64,000 nt of DNA from Patescibacteria group bacterium (GCA_040388985.1 JAZKAU010000001.1:123359-187358), one strand, 5' to 3'; shown: positions 54,176 through 63,817, counted from the first letter of the stretch. Program-made: numbers and translations. The notes: generated by a model from the sequence alone, not told the origin.

Positions 54176-54607
54176 TCAGCCGCCGATCGCCGCGTTGAGG
54201 CGATCGATCTGGCGGTTGAGACCAGCGATCAGCTGATAGCGATAGACCGTGGCCGCGATCGTGCAGATCGAGTTCGGGGGCACCACGGCAACGTGGATGC
54301 AGTTCATCGTGGCTTCCTGGGTGTACCGGTCCCGCTGCTCGATGAGGATATCCCGGGCCATGATCTTCCCTTCGGTCATCCGGGGCATGAGGGACTGCTC
54401 ATGGAAGGAGGCGTCCTCCTGACCCTGGAACCAGCCGTTCCAGACCTGATCGCAGTAATCCTTCATATACCGGGACGCCGACTTCCAGTTGGCGCACACA
54501 CCGGTGTCGCCGGGGTTGAGCGCGGCGGCGACCGGGGTACTGGCGTTGGTGGTCGTGGGAACGGTGAGCGCGGCGGCGACAATCGCGAGAGTCAAGGTGC
54601 GAAGCAT
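54176..54607 (-). CDS. Secreted Cys-containing hypothetical protein (143 aa)
   Basis: AGGAGG lies 6 nt before the ATG at 54607. Signal peptide MLRTLTLAIVAAALTVPTTTNAS. Confidence 0.55.
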   Translation of the reverse strand: MLRTLTLAIVAAALTVPTTTNASTPVAAALNPGDTGVCANWKSASRYMKDYCDQVWNGWFQGQEDASFHEQSLMPRMTEGKIMARDILIEQRDRYTQEATMNCIHVAVVPPNSICTIAATVYRYQLIAGLNRQIDRLNAAIGG

Positions 54608-54808
54608 TGAACGTCCTCCTGTTGGCCCGAAATCGAGCTTGGGTTCAATATATAGCATTATACATAAATCATTACGTCTGTCAAGATTAAAAGAGAGTGA
54701 AAGAACTTGAGATCAGAATACGTACTAATATTAGAGAAGTCAGGAATAGGGCGTGCTGCCTATATTTCTGGCTCTATTACCCGCATAAGGATTTCTGACA
54801 CGTATTCC

Positions 54809-56512
54809 ATGCATTTCATACGAACCTATCTTTCTGGAGCCAAGGCGTGGGCGCTTGCGCACAAGAAGACATCGATATTTGCCCTGCTCGTCGTCCTTAT
54901 AGGCGGGTACAGTCTCGTGCACGCTATGAGCGCCACGAGCGCACAAACCCGCTATGTGCTTAGCGCCGTAGGGAAGGGAACGGTCATCAGCTCGGTAAGC
55001 GGTACGGGGCAGGTGGCGACTACTAATACGGTGACGCTCACGAGCAAAGCCTCCGGAGAACTCGTCTCCGTGAATGTCATACCTGGGCAGAGCGTGAAGG
55101 CTGGGCAGCTCATCGCGCAAGTGGACGCCACGAATGCTGCCTATGATCTCGAGTCCGCGCGCATCGCCTACGACAAACTGGTCACCGTCGACAGCACGAG
55201 CCTTTCCGACGCACAGAGCGGCGTAACGCAGGCGCAGGAGGACATCGATAAAGGATACGCGGATGCACGCACGACTCTCACGAGTACGCCTACGGACATG
55301 CAGGACGTCTTAGATGGTATCGACGCACTCTTCGGGAAGAACGGCTATCTCACCGGACAGAATTACGATCGAGGAGGCGCTCCAGCGGACACCTATCGCG
55401 ACAAGGCCCAGAAGAGCTTTTACGCCGCGCAGACTTCGCTCAAGGCCTTCCAGGCCCAGGAGCGCAGCATCACGCAGGGAAGCAGCGAAGCGACTATAGA
55501 GTCCGCGGTGTCGAGCGGATATCAGACGAGCCTGCTCGTCGCGCAGGCCGCAAAAGACACGAAAGATGCCGTAGTATATATCCGGAATCATGACGAGAGC
55601 GGCACTCCTAAGGCAGAAAGCGCGTACACGTCAGCGACTTCGCTTTCTGCTTCTGCAGATGTTGTCGTTTCCGATTTCAACAATGTGAAGACTACGCTTG
55701 TCGATAATGTGCGCGCGCTCGCGAAGGCGCAGCAGTCGCTTGAGGACGTCAAGGACGGTCCTGATACGAGCGACATACGGTCGCAGACGCTCTCGATACG
55801 AGAAAAGCAACAAACGCTCGCTGACTATTCGGTCCGCGCGCCGTTCGACGGCGTGATAGCCTCGGTATCTGCTCATAAGGGCGACGCCGCAGGCGGGAGC
55901 ACCGAGATAGCGACACTTATAACGAAAGAGAAGATCGCACAGATATCGCTCAATGAGATCGATGCGACAAAGGTCGCCGTAGGCCAGAAGGCGACGCTTA
56001 CCTTCGACGCTATCGATAGTCTGACGATAAGCGGTACGGTCGCGGAAATGGACCTCGTAGGCACGGTTACTCAAGGCGTGGTGAGCTACACCGTCAAGAT
56101 AGGTCTTGATACGGACGACGATCGCGTGAAGCCCGGCATGACGGTGAGTGCTGACATCGTGACCGACATTGCTCAGGACGTTATCGAGGTTCCGACATCA
56201 GCCATAAAAAGCCAGGGCGACGCGAGCTACGTCGAGACCATCCCGGGCGCTGCGACGACCACTGCTCAAGGAATCATTTCGACCACTGCACCTGAGATGA
56301 TTCCGGTAACTATCGGGCTCTCTGGAGACGACAGCACCGAAATACTCTCAGGACTTTCCGAAGGAGATGTGGTCATCACGCGCACTATCGCTCCTACGAC
56401 TTCTAAGACGACGGCGACGGCGCCGAGCCTGCTTGGCGGAGGGGCGACGCGCACTACGGGCGCAACAGGCGCGGCGCGTACGTTCGGCACTGGCGGTACA
56501 GCCGGCAGGTAA
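54809..56512 (+). CDS. Periplasmic adaptor (HlyD/MacA-type membrane fusion protein) of an ABC efflux system
   Basis: ATG at 54809, with the track start at 54707 upstream. TM anchor, then coiled-coil and beta-barrel segments (IAQVDATNAAYDLESARIAYDKL..., VRAPFDGVIASV). Tightly followed by the ATPase and permease genes. Confidence 0.65.
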   Translation: MHFIRTYLSGAKAWALAHKKTSIFALLVVLIGGYSLVHAMSATSAQTRYVLSAVGKGTVISSVSGTGQVATTNTVTLTSKASGELVSVNVIPGQSVKAGQLIAQVDATNAAYDLESARIAYDKLVTVDSTSLSDAQSGVTQAQEDIDKGYADARTTLTSTPTDMQDVLDGIDALFGKNGYLTGQNYDRGGAPADTYRDKAQKSFYAAQTSLKAFQAQERSITQGSSEATIESAVSSGYQTSLLVAQAAKDTKDAVVYIRNHDESGTPKAESAYTSATSLSASADVVVSDFNNVKTTLVDNVRALAKAQQSLEDVKDGPDTSDIRSQTLSIREKQQTLADYSVRAPFDGVIASVSAHKGDAAGGSTEIATLITKEKIAQISLNEIDATKVAVGQKATLTFDAIDSLTISGTVAEMDLVGTVTQGVVSYTVKIGLDTDDDRVKPGMTVSADIVTDIAQDVIEVPTSAIKSQGDASYVETIPGAATTTAQGIISTTAPEMIPVTIGLSGDDSTEILSGLSEGDVVITRTIAPTTSKTTATAPSLLGGGATRTTGATGAARTFGTGGTAGR

Positions 56513-56518
56513 TCCCGC

Positions 56519-57235
56519 ATGATAGAGGTCGCGAACATCACTAAGACTTACGGAGCAGGCTCCGACATGGAGTTCCAGGCTCTCAAAGGCGTGTCCTTCT
56601 CAATTGCCGACGGAGAGTTCGTGGCTATCATGGGGCCGTCAGGTTCTGGAAAATCGACGATGATGCATATTCTCGGCTGCCTCGACACCCCGTCTTCGGG
56701 GACCTACACGCTCGACGGGAAGGATGTCTCGACGATGGGCGATGACGAGCTTGCGAACATACGCCGGGAAAAGATAGGTTTCGTCTTCCAGTCCTTCAAC
56801 CTGCTTCCGCGTACGACCGTCTTGCGTAACGTCATGCTTCCACTCACGTATGCAGGCGTTCCGGAAGAGGAGCGGGAACGGAAGGCGAAGGAAGTCCTCC
56901 TGGCTGCGGGCTTTGCGGCCACTCACCTTAACCATCTCTCGAACCAGCTTTCAGGTGGACAGATCCAGCGCGTCGCCATCGCACGCGCGCTAGTCAACGA
57001 CCCCTCGCTCATCCTCGCAGACGAGCCCACCGGAAACCTCGACTCGAAGACAGGCGCAATCGTGCTCGAAACATTCCAGAAGCTGAATGAGGAATTGGGC
57101 AGGACTATCGTGCTCATCACGCACGAACAGGAAGTGGCCGAGCACGCAGGTCGGATCATCTTTATTCGCGACGGACTCATAGTCTCGGACGCCAAGAACG
57201 AGCATAAGAAGCATCTGTATCATGAAAATAACTGA
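56519..57235 (+). CDS. ABC transporter ATP-binding protein (MacB/LolD-type)
   Basis: Walker [10 protein letters not shown], signature [15 protein letters not shown], Walker [13 protein letters not shown]. Confidence 0.85.
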   Translation: MIEVANITKTYGAGSDMEFQALKGVSFSIADGEFVAIMGPSGSGKSTMMHILGCLDTPSSGTYTLDGKDVSTMGDDELANIRREKIGFVFQSFNLLPRTTVLRNVMLPLTYAGVPEEERERKAKEVLLAAGFAATHLNHLSNQLSGGQIQRVAIARALVNDPSLILADEPTGNLDSKTGAIVLETFQKLNEELGRTIVLITHEQEVAEHAGRIIFIRDGLIVSDAKNEHKKHLYHENN

Positions 57236-58445
57236 CATCCTCCACGAGACGTATACGGCGCTTGCGAGCAATAAGGTCCGTACCGGGCTCACCATGCTCG
57301 GCATCGTCATAGGCATCGCCTCGGTCATCGCCATGGTCTCGATAGGGCAGGGTGCGCAGAGCAGTATAGAGAACAGCATCCAGTCCCTCGGTTCCAACCT
57401 CATCATGGTCTCGCCGGGTACCCAAGGCGGGCCCGGCGTACAGGTGTCTGGTGGCCGTGGTACGGCGCGCACGCTCACGAAGGCGGACGCGGACGCCGTC
57501 GGCAGCAGCATACAATCGGTGAATGCCGTCTCGCCTGAACTCACCGGACGCTATCAGGTGACTGCTAAGGGCACCAATACGAATACCTCGGTGGTAGGTG
57601 TCTCGTCCGCATATCCGCTCGTGCGCAACCTTGAAGTGGGTGAAGGTTCGTTTATAAGCGACCAGAACCTGAAGAGCGTATCGAGAGTCGCCGTACTGGG
57701 ACCCACCGCCCGCGACGATCTCTTCGGAGCGGGTACAGATGCCATCGGACAGACCATCCGTATCAAAGGCGAGCAGTTCAAAGTGGTGGGCATCACGGTG
57801 GCCAAAGGCGGTTCAGGCTTCACGAGCCAGGATGACATGATCTTCGTGCCGCTTACGAGCGCGCAGAAGCTGCTCGCAGGCAGCGACTATGTGACTTCGA
57901 TAAGCGTACAGGCGGCAAGCGCGGACGTGATGACCCAGGTACAGACGGACATCACGGCACTACTGCTTGAGCGACATAAGATAAGTGATCCTACGGCCGC
58001 CGACTTCAGCATCCTGAATCAGAACGATATCGTCGCCGCTGCAAGCAGCGTGACCGGGACATTCACCATCCTGCTTGCGGCCGTGGCAGGCATATCGCTG
58101 CTGGTAGGCGGCATCGGCATCATGAATATGATGCTCACGACTGTTACTGAGCGCACCCGCGAGATAGGACTGCGTAAGGCCATCGGCGCCAAGCGCGCCG
58201 ATATCAGCCGGCAGTTCTTGATCGAAGCGGTGATGCTCACCCTTACCGGAGGACTCGCCGGCGTACTGCTGGGCATGCTCATATCGTTCGGGGTGAACTC
58301 GCTCGGCCTTATCAGCACGAGCGTGTCAGTCGAGTCTGTCCTGCTTGCCTTCGGAGTCTCGACGGCCATTGGCCTCGTCTTCGGATATTATCCCGCGAGC
58401 CGTGCAGCAAAGCTTAATCCAATAGATGCGCTCAGGTATGAGTAG
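57222..58445 (+). CDS. ABC transporter permease, FtsX/MacB-type
   Basis: N-terminal TM segment, a large periplasmic domain, and a C-terminal FtsX-like 3-TM bundle (GIGIMNMMLTTVTERTREIGLRKAIGA). Confidence 0.8.
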   Translation: MKITDILHETYTALASNKVRTGLTMLGIVIGIASVIAMVSIGQGAQSSIENSIQSLGSNLIMVSPGTQGGPGVQVSGGRGTARTLTKADADAVGSSIQSVNAVSPELTGRYQVTAKGTNTNTSVVGVSSAYPLVRNLEVGEGSFISDQNLKSVSRVAVLGPTARDDLFGAGTDAIGQTIRIKGEQFKVVGITVAKGGSGFTSQDDMIFVPLTSAQKLLAGSDYVTSISVQAASADVMTQVQTDITALLLERHKISDPTAADFSILNQNDIVAAASSVTGTFTILLAAVAGISLLVGGIGIMNMMLTTVTERTREIGLRKAIGAKRADISRQFLIEAVMLTLTGGLAGVLLGMLISFGVNSLGLISTSVSVESVLLAFGVSTAIGLVFGYYPASRAAKLNPIDALRYE

Positions 58446-58488
58446 CGCAGTGAGGTGCAAGAACTAATCATCAATACACACGAAATAT

Positions 58489-58992
58489 ATGAAATCCTAT
58501 ACTAACAAGCAGAAGATAATCGCGGGCTTCGTCCTTGCGCTTATCGTCGTCGCTGGAGTCTCGTTCGCAGGCGGCATGACCTACGCGAAGAATAGAACTC
58601 CTATGGGCATGCGCGCAGCCGGTGGCTTCGCCATGGCGGGCGGACAGGGAGGTACACGTACGGGCCAGGCATACGGCGCAGGCGCACGCGGACAGGGAGG
58701 TGCGCTTAGCGGCGGAGCCGCCATCGGAGAAGTCCTCGCCAAAGACGATAAGAGCATCACAGTGAAGCTCCCAAACGGCGGCTCGCGCATCGCCTTCTTC
58801 ACGGGCAATACTCCGGTTACCAAGAGTGCGCCGGGGAACATCAGCGATGTTACCGTCGGTCAGCAAGTACAGATAACAGGAGCACCGAACGCTGACGGCA
58901 GCATCTCGGCACAGGCCATCCGCGTAGGTGGCATGCCTCCTATGATGACTCCTTCTGGGACGAACGCGCCTACAGCGCCTCCCGCACGATAA
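58489..58992 (+). CDS. Membrane-anchored Gly-rich protein with a DUF5666-like beta domain, hypothetical
   Basis: TM anchor, then a Gly/Ala-rich linker, then SITVKLPNGGSRIAFFTGNTPVTKSAPGNISDVTVGQQVQITGAPNADGSISAQAIRV. Confidence 0.45.
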   Translation: MKSYTNKQKIIAGFVLALIVVAGVSFAGGMTYAKNRTPMGMRAAGGFAMAGGQGGTRTGQAYGAGARGQGGALSGGAAIGEVLAKDDKSITVKLPNGGSRIAFFTGNTPVTKSAPGNISDVTVGQQVQITGAPNADGSISAQAIRVGGMPPMMTPSGTNAPTAPPAR

Positions 58993-59036
58993 AATATCGC
59001 AACACATCTCATAGAGAAGTTGTGGCGGAAACCATG

Positions 59037-59073
59037 GAGCAATCCGGCCTGCATATGCAGGCCGGATTGCTCC
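59037..59073 (+). terminator. Rho-independent terminator (perfect 17-bp stem)
   Basis: GGAGCAATCCGGCCTGC atat GCAGGCCGGATTGCTCC, then ATTTTGT. Confidence 0.65.
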
Positions 59074-59093
59074 ATTTTGTAAAATCCAAAACA

Positions 59094-59104
59094 TGTGATA
59101 TAAT
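59094..59104 (+). promoter_or_regulatory. Extended -10 promoter element (TGn-TATAAT)
   Basis: TGTGATATAAT lies about 30 nt upstream of the ATG at 59135. Confidence 0.45.
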
Positions 59105-59134
59105 CAATACACATTCGATCTAACACTCCTCTAC

Positions 59135-59707
59135 ATGGCCGATTTCAAGAAAAACAAGTTCAGTAAGGATAGCCGCCCGCATGGCGCACATGGCGCAAGG
59201 GACTTCTCCCGTGGAGGCTCTAGCCGCCCGAGCTTCGGCGGTAGCGCGCCTAGGTACGGCGCGCGCGACAATGGTCCTACAGAATCCTTCAAGACCACCT
59301 GCAGCAAGTGTAGTAAGGCTTGTGAGGTGCCTTTCAAGCCTAACGGCAAGAAGCCAGTGTTCTGCCGGGATTGCTTCGTCCGTGACGACGCGCCACGTAC
59401 CAATGACTCTCGCTACGAGAAGCGCAGCTATGGGCCAGATCGTGCCCCTGAGCAGCGATCTTACGCCCCAGCCCCTACAGCAGCTCCTGACCCGCGCATA
59501 GCCGCTATACAGAAAGAGCTCTCAGTCGTACACACGAAGCTTGATACCCTCATAGAGAGCCTCCAGGGCACCGTGTACGCCTCTATCCTTGCGAAGTCCG
59601 CAGAAAGGGAAGAGAAGTCAACGAAAGCCGTTGTAGCGAAGCCAAAGGTTGCCAAGAAGAAGGTTGCGGCTCCAGCGAAAGCTAAGAAAGTCACGAAGAA
59701 GAAATAG
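59135..59707 (+). CDS. Zinc-ribbon protein (CxxC-x17-CxxC) with C-terminal Lys/Ala-rich histone H1-like tail
   Basis: TCSKCSKACEVPFKPNGKKPVFCRDCF, plus a C-terminal tail AVVAKPKVAKKKVAAPAKAKKVTKKK. Confidence 0.55.
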   Translation: MADFKKNKFSKDSRPHGAHGARDFSRGGSSRPSFGGSAPRYGARDNGPTESFKTTCSKCSKACEVPFKPNGKKPVFCRDCFVRDDAPRTNDSRYEKRSYGPDRAPEQRSYAPAPTAAPDPRIAAIQKELSVVHTKLDTLIESLQGTVYASILAKSAEREEKSTKAVVAKPKVAKKKVAAPAKAKKVTKKK

Positions 59708-59708
59708 C

Positions 59709-59805
59709 GAGTCGCTCGAGCTTAAAATAAAAGCGCCGTTCCGCATAGGAGTGCTGCACTTGGCAATCCTGAACCGCTTTTATTTTAAGCTCTCGCTCCC
59801 GACGG
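59709..59805 (+). repeat. Copy 2 of the 100-nt hairpin element, starting 1 nt after the stop codon of the zinc-ribbon gene
   Basis: GAGTCGCTCGAGCTTAAAATAAAAGCG-core-CGCTTTTATTTTAAGCTCTCGCTCCCGACGG. The core differs from copy 1 by one base (GGAGTG versus GGAATG). Confidence 0.6.
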
Positions 59806-59873
59806 AAAAATGCAAAGATGCAATTCATTAACGAGGATTAGCTGCGACATTTCTGACGTTATACTAAAACCAT

Positions 59874-60494
59874 ATGAATAAAGTCCGACTCGAAGCTCTG
59901 AGCGATGGAATCTTTGCCATCGTCATGACGATCCTCATTTTCGATATAACCTTGCCGGCGCGCACGGGCGCGGTTTCCAATGCGGAGTTGTGGAGTCAGA
60001 TCCTGTACCTCTGGCCCTCCATTACGAGCTTCGCGCTCAGCTTCCTTGTCATTGCGGTCTTCTGGATAAACCATAATTTCCTCTTCCATACCTATACGAA
60101 GAAGATAGATCGCATGCTCAATCTCTTGAACTTGATCTATCTCCTCTTCCTCGTATTCGTACCGTTCTCAGCTCATCTTCTAGGAACATACCCGCGCAAC
60201 GAGCCGGCGACACTGCTATATGGGATCAATATCTTGATCATTATCGTGATCATGCGCGTCATGTTCATTCACGTACAGCGCTACGAGGAGCTTCATAATA
60301 AGGTGCCTACTCGCATAGCGAAGCAGGCGAGATTCCGCACATCGCTTACTATCGTCTCCTATCTGCTTGGAATCGCGACGTCATTCGTCTTCATTCCGGC
60401 AAGCATATTCTTCTATGTCTTTCCCATGCTCTTCAACGTCATTCCTGGTACTGTCGACCTTATGGAGCACATATTCAACTTCGAACTCACGTAG
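59874..60494 (+). CDS. TMEM175/DUF1211-family potassium channel-like membrane protein
   Basis: RLEALSDGIFAIVMTILIFDI matches the DUF1211 signature and recurs in the second half of the protein. A TATACT box lies 8 nt before the ATG. Confidence 0.65.
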   Translation: MNKVRLEALSDGIFAIVMTILIFDITLPARTGAVSNAELWSQILYLWPSITSFALSFLVIAVFWINHNFLFHTYTKKIDRMLNLLNLIYLLFLVFVPFSAHLLGTYPRNEPATLLYGINILIIIVIMRVMFIHVQRYEELHNKVPTRIAKQARFRTSLTIVSYLLGIATSFVFIPASIFFYVFPMLFNVIPGTVDLMEHIFNFELT

Positions 60495-60559
60495 CGCGAG
60501 CGTCGGTTGAAGTATGGCATTCACCCAAGGATCATACCGGGTATGAGATACTTGCCTAT

Positions 60560-61252
60560 ATGAAGATACAAGATTCAGTGGTCATAGTAACGGGCGCTTC
60601 GATGGGCATTGGACGCGAAGTGGCGAAGCTCCTGGGGAGTCAGGGCGCGAACGTCATACTCGCAGCGCGCTCCAAGGAAAAGCTCAACGAGCTCTCTGTC
60701 GAGATTCCCGGATCGATAGTAGTCAAGACTGACATGACTCGCCGGGGCGATATCAAGGTGCTTATCGACAAGACAGTTGAGGCGTTCGGACGCGTCGACA
60801 TCCTCATAAACAACGCCGGGCAGGGAATGCGCGCGGCGGTCGAATCCATAGATCTAAGTGACTACCGATCCATCATCGACCTTAATATCTTCGGTCCGCT
60901 CATCGCCATGCAGGAAGTCATTCCCGTAATGCGCAAACAGGGAGGTGGCATGATCCTCAATATCAGCTCCATGGTCTCGAAGAACTACTTCCCCTATCTC
61001 GGCGCATATTCCTCGACCAAGTACGCCTTGAATGCCCTCTCGCTTACCGCGCGCCAGGAACTCGCCGCTGACAATATCGTCGTCTCGGTTTTCCATCCCA
61101 AGATGACCGCTACCGATTTCGGACAGAACGCACGCGGCGAGACCTACTCCTCAAGCGCCGGACGACCGGGCATGTCAGTCGATACCGCTGAAGACGTCGC
61201 CAAAGCCATTCTGGAGCAGATCGAGTCCGAAGACGCTGAGATGATGATGTAG
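60560..61252 (+). CDS. SDR-family short-chain dehydrogenase/reductase
   Basis: VTGASMGIGRE (TGxxxGxG), NNAG, and the catalytic S...YxxxK (SSMVS...YSSTKYAL). Confidence 0.8.
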   Translation: MKIQDSVVIVTGASMGIGREVAKLLGSQGANVILAARSKEKLNELSVEIPGSIVVKTDMTRRGDIKVLIDKTVEAFGRVDILINNAGQGMRAAVESIDLSDYRSIIDLNIFGPLIAMQEVIPVMRKQGGGMILNISSMVSKNYFPYLGAYSSTKYALNALSLTARQELAADNIVVSVFHPKMTATDFGQNARGETYSSSAGRPGMSVDTAEDVAKAILEQIESEDAEMMM

Positions 61253-61295
61253 GATTCTCGGGTCTCAGCGGTTCGTTCGAGACCTTGAGCGCCCC

Positions 61296-61580
61296 CTACG
61301 TGCCGACGAATATGCTCGTACTTATCCGGTCCCGGGTGATTATCTCTCCGCAGTTCGTCTGAATGGCAGCTTCGCCGTGATGATTGATTATTCGGTACCC
61401 GGGATCACAATTTCTGTATCGATGCAGAAGCGCTGAGATGCCCTTCAAGAATCCTCCTTCATCGAAGGAGCGATACACGTACCTCGAACAGCTCTCCCGA
61501 TATAGGCAGACGATCCTCCTGTCTTCAGGGACGAGGAGCCAATACACCCGTATGAGCGAGTTACAGAATCCCGAGAACAT
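61296..61580 (-). CDS. yidD: YidD-like membrane protein insertion efficiency factor (DUF37)
   Basis: LIRVYWLLV...CLYRESCSRYVYRSFDEGGFLKGISALLHRYRNCDPGYRIINHHGE parallels the YidD Cys pattern. Confidence 0.5.
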   Translation of the reverse strand: MFSGFCNSLIRVYWLLVPEDRRIVCLYRESCSRYVYRSFDEGGFLKGISALLHRYRNCDPGYRIINHHGEAAIQTNCGEIITRDRISTSIFVGT

Positions 61581-61582
61581 GC

Positions 61583-61804
61583 TTATTTCTCGAAGATTAC
61601 CAACTGGAAGTTAGCCGCTATCGGTTTTCCGCCGATTGCTGCGCAGCCCGTGGGTCGTACTGTGGTCGTCATGGACTGCAAGGATACGAATTTCCAGCCG
61701 TCTCCGGTCGTATTCTCTATTATTTCCTGCAATTCCTGCGCTGCCTGTGCGGCTCCACCCTTATCAGTAACGGTCGGATGAAATGGGACGACTTTGTATG
61801 CCAT
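61583..61804 (-). CDS. DUF4177-like small protein
   Basis: MAYKVVPF...GDGWKFVSLQSM... resembles the DUF4177 pattern as recalled from memory. Its stop lies 2 nt before the yidD start. Confidence 0.45.
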   Translation of the reverse strand: MAYKVVPFHPTVTDKGGAAQAAQELQEIIENTTGDGWKFVSLQSMTTTVRPTGCAAIGGKPIAANFQLVIFEK

Positions 61805-62364
61805 GTACGTAAATAGTTATTTTCAATCGATCTGCACTCTCTATTCTAACTGATGAGTGGAACAGGGAAGTGGTACAGGAAGTTCCGTATGGAAAAAATT
61901 CATACACGCACCTTGAGCATACCTATCCCGCCTATACAGATGGCAAGTGTAGAGATGATGCCGAGCAGAAAGAGTAGGAAAGTGACGGATCCAACCGAGA
62001 CTAAATATGGCCCACTTTCTCAGTCCCATACAGATATCATTCGTAAAAGGTATAGAGTCAGAACCCCCTGAAATAACATCAGCCCTCAAGCCATCGTTTG
62101 AGTGGGGAAGGGGTTCGTACAATTAATCTCGTTATCCCCAGAAATTCATGAAGGGGAATTGGTATACTGCGTATGCGACCTGAAAGGGGAGCCGCAGGAG
62201 GACAAGTAGCCATTATTAACACTTCAAAAGAGCCTTAGTCGTGGGTGCTTGCCAGAACGGAACGGAGACGTTTCTTTCTCAAGCTCCTGCGATTGCGGCT
62301 CTTTTTTGTTACATAACAGAAAACTCCCGCAAAGCGAGAGCCTTCTGTTGGAGTGCGATATATG

Positions 62365-62432
62365 CCGCCGCTAGTGGAATAGGTCCGGGATTCGAATCCT
62401 GGAAGCGTGAGTTCAAATCTCACCGGCGGCAC
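62365..62432 (+). other. tRNA-like element (68 nt): perfect 7-bp acceptor-like stem, canonical T-arm, palindromic GGATTCGAATCC, discriminator A, no CCA; too short to hold a D-arm (pseudo-tRNA, tRNA remnant, or tRNA-like ncRNA module)
   Basis: GCCGCCG (62365-62371) pairs with CGGCGGC (62425-62431). T-arm GTGAG ttcaaat CTCAC at 62408-62424. The minus-strand track ORF (62235-62432) reads VRFELT...GFESRT across it, which is typical of tRNA-derived sequence. Confidence 0.45.
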
Positions 62433-62540
62433 AAATCACTACCTAAGGATATCATCCTCAGGATGACCACAGTACCAGGATGGGGATAAGGTTGCAAGCC
62501 TGTGTTAGTCTACTGAGACCCTTAGCAGGTACGCAATACA

Positions 62541-62574
62541 AGAAGCCCCGCCGAAAGGTGGGGCTTCTTGTTTC
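62541..62574. terminator. Bidirectional rho-independent terminator
   Basis: AGAAGCCCCGCC gaaa GGTGGGGCTTCT tgtttc. Confidence 0.65.
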
Positions 62575-62603
62575 TCGGACTTCCAGCTAAATGAGTCTGA
62601 CAA

Positions 62604-63065
62604 CTAGTAGCTCTGTATCTTAAGAGCATTAATCTTCTGCTGTATCAGTCCTCCTTCATTCTGGATATTCTTCATCTGAGTCAGATATCCTGTGCACTCG
62701 GGAGACCCGTACTTATTCTGAAGACGTTCAGAACAGTTCCTATTCTTATAGGTAAGGAAGACAGCATCGTAATCCTTGTTGTTTTGGGCTAGAGCAGTCT
62801 GAGCTTTCTTCAACTGAGCACTCACATCACTGGTAGACGGGACTACCGTCACTGGAACTGGGGAAACTACTGGGGAGGAAGTGGCTGTACTGCTCTCAAG
62901 CGCAGCGACGCGATCTTCCAAAGCTGCGACTCTCTTTTCCAGAGAAGCATTACTGGCAGCAGCGAACGTAAACGACGGTATCACTAACAGAGCAGTGATT
63001 GCCGCAATAGCGGTCTTTTTCATAAAGCGTAAGGTCTTTAAGGTTTGTAGGTGGGAAAATAACAA
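62604..63065 (-). CDS. Secreted hypothetical protein with coiled-coil repeat (start at 63065, or more likely at the internal ATG at 63023 preceding the signal peptide)
   Basis: Signal peptide MKKTAIAAITALLVIPSFTFAAAS. Repeats LEKRVAALEDRVAALE. Lies in the low-GC tail of the window. Confidence 0.5.
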   Translation of the reverse strand: MLFSHLQTLKTLRFMKKTAIAAITALLVIPSFTFAAASNASLEKRVAALEDRVAALESSTATSSPVVSPVPVTVVPSTSDVSAQLKKAQTALAQNNKDYDAVFLTYKNRNCSERLQNKYGSPECTGYLTQMKNIQNEGGLIQQKINALKIQSY

Positions 63066-63783
63066 AACTCCGCCCTTGAGCGACAGGTAGACCTTACGAG
63101 TGAACCTGCCGTCAAGGACGGAGTATTGTTCGTAAGGTCTTTAGTTATAAGCCCGGCACATTATACCACTACTATCGATAGTAGGAAAGTGAAGAAAAGA
63201 TGAGGAATATATAAAATAAGTGTGGAAAATGTATCTACCCAGCTTCTCCTACCCGTATAGTTATAGATATGCCTGACATCAAGATGACCTACAAGGGAAG
63301 GGAAATAGAGCCAAAAGAAGCTTCTGAACGGTTCATGGAGTTTCTTCTTGTGGAAGGGGAGTTAGGTCCTATTGTTGACCAGTTTGGGGAGTATCTGAGG
63401 CTGTTCTTACTTAAGGAGACTAAGGATTAGTTGCGTTCAGGTGGGAGGGGAATATAATGGTGGCAATTCCAGCTTCGGCTGGAAGGAATTAGCCCTCCGG
63501 CGTAAGCGATACATTTCTTATGGTAGTGATACTTATAGAAAAACTCGCGACGCCTTCCTCACGCTTTTAGGAATAGGTGAGTAGCTTACTCCAGAGGTGG
63601 AGTTTGAGACAATCCAAAGCCTTTTAGGCACTAGTTGAGGGTCGCAAACAACTTCGTTTGGGTATGGGGACATCAGCTGGTCGTATATGTAGACCTCTAG
63701 CCGTAAGGCCTTTTCAGTCTGAAAGCTAGACTCGAATTAACCTGATTTGATGCATGTCCCGTTGAGGAGTGGCCCTGTATCGC

Positions 63784-63817
63784 AAAAAGGCTCGTTGGAA
63801 AGCAACGAGCCTTTTTG
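63784..63817. terminator. Bidirectional terminator-like hairpin in the ORF-free tail
   Basis: AAAAAGGCTCGTTG gaaag CAACGAGCCTTTTTG. Confidence 0.5.

Noticed and set aside
61841-62122. ORFs 61841-62122 (minus) and 61853-62071 (plus) in the low-GC tail
   Set aside because: Both have junk-like basic or Cys/His-rich translations, no start context, and they overlap each other. The region is treated as non-coding or decayed.
62235-62432. 65-aa minus-strand ORF (MPPVRFELTLPGFESRTYS...)
   Set aside because: The VRFELT and GFESRT peptides are the well-known artefact of translating tRNA T-arm sequence. The region is interpreted as a tRNA-like element and not as a CDS.
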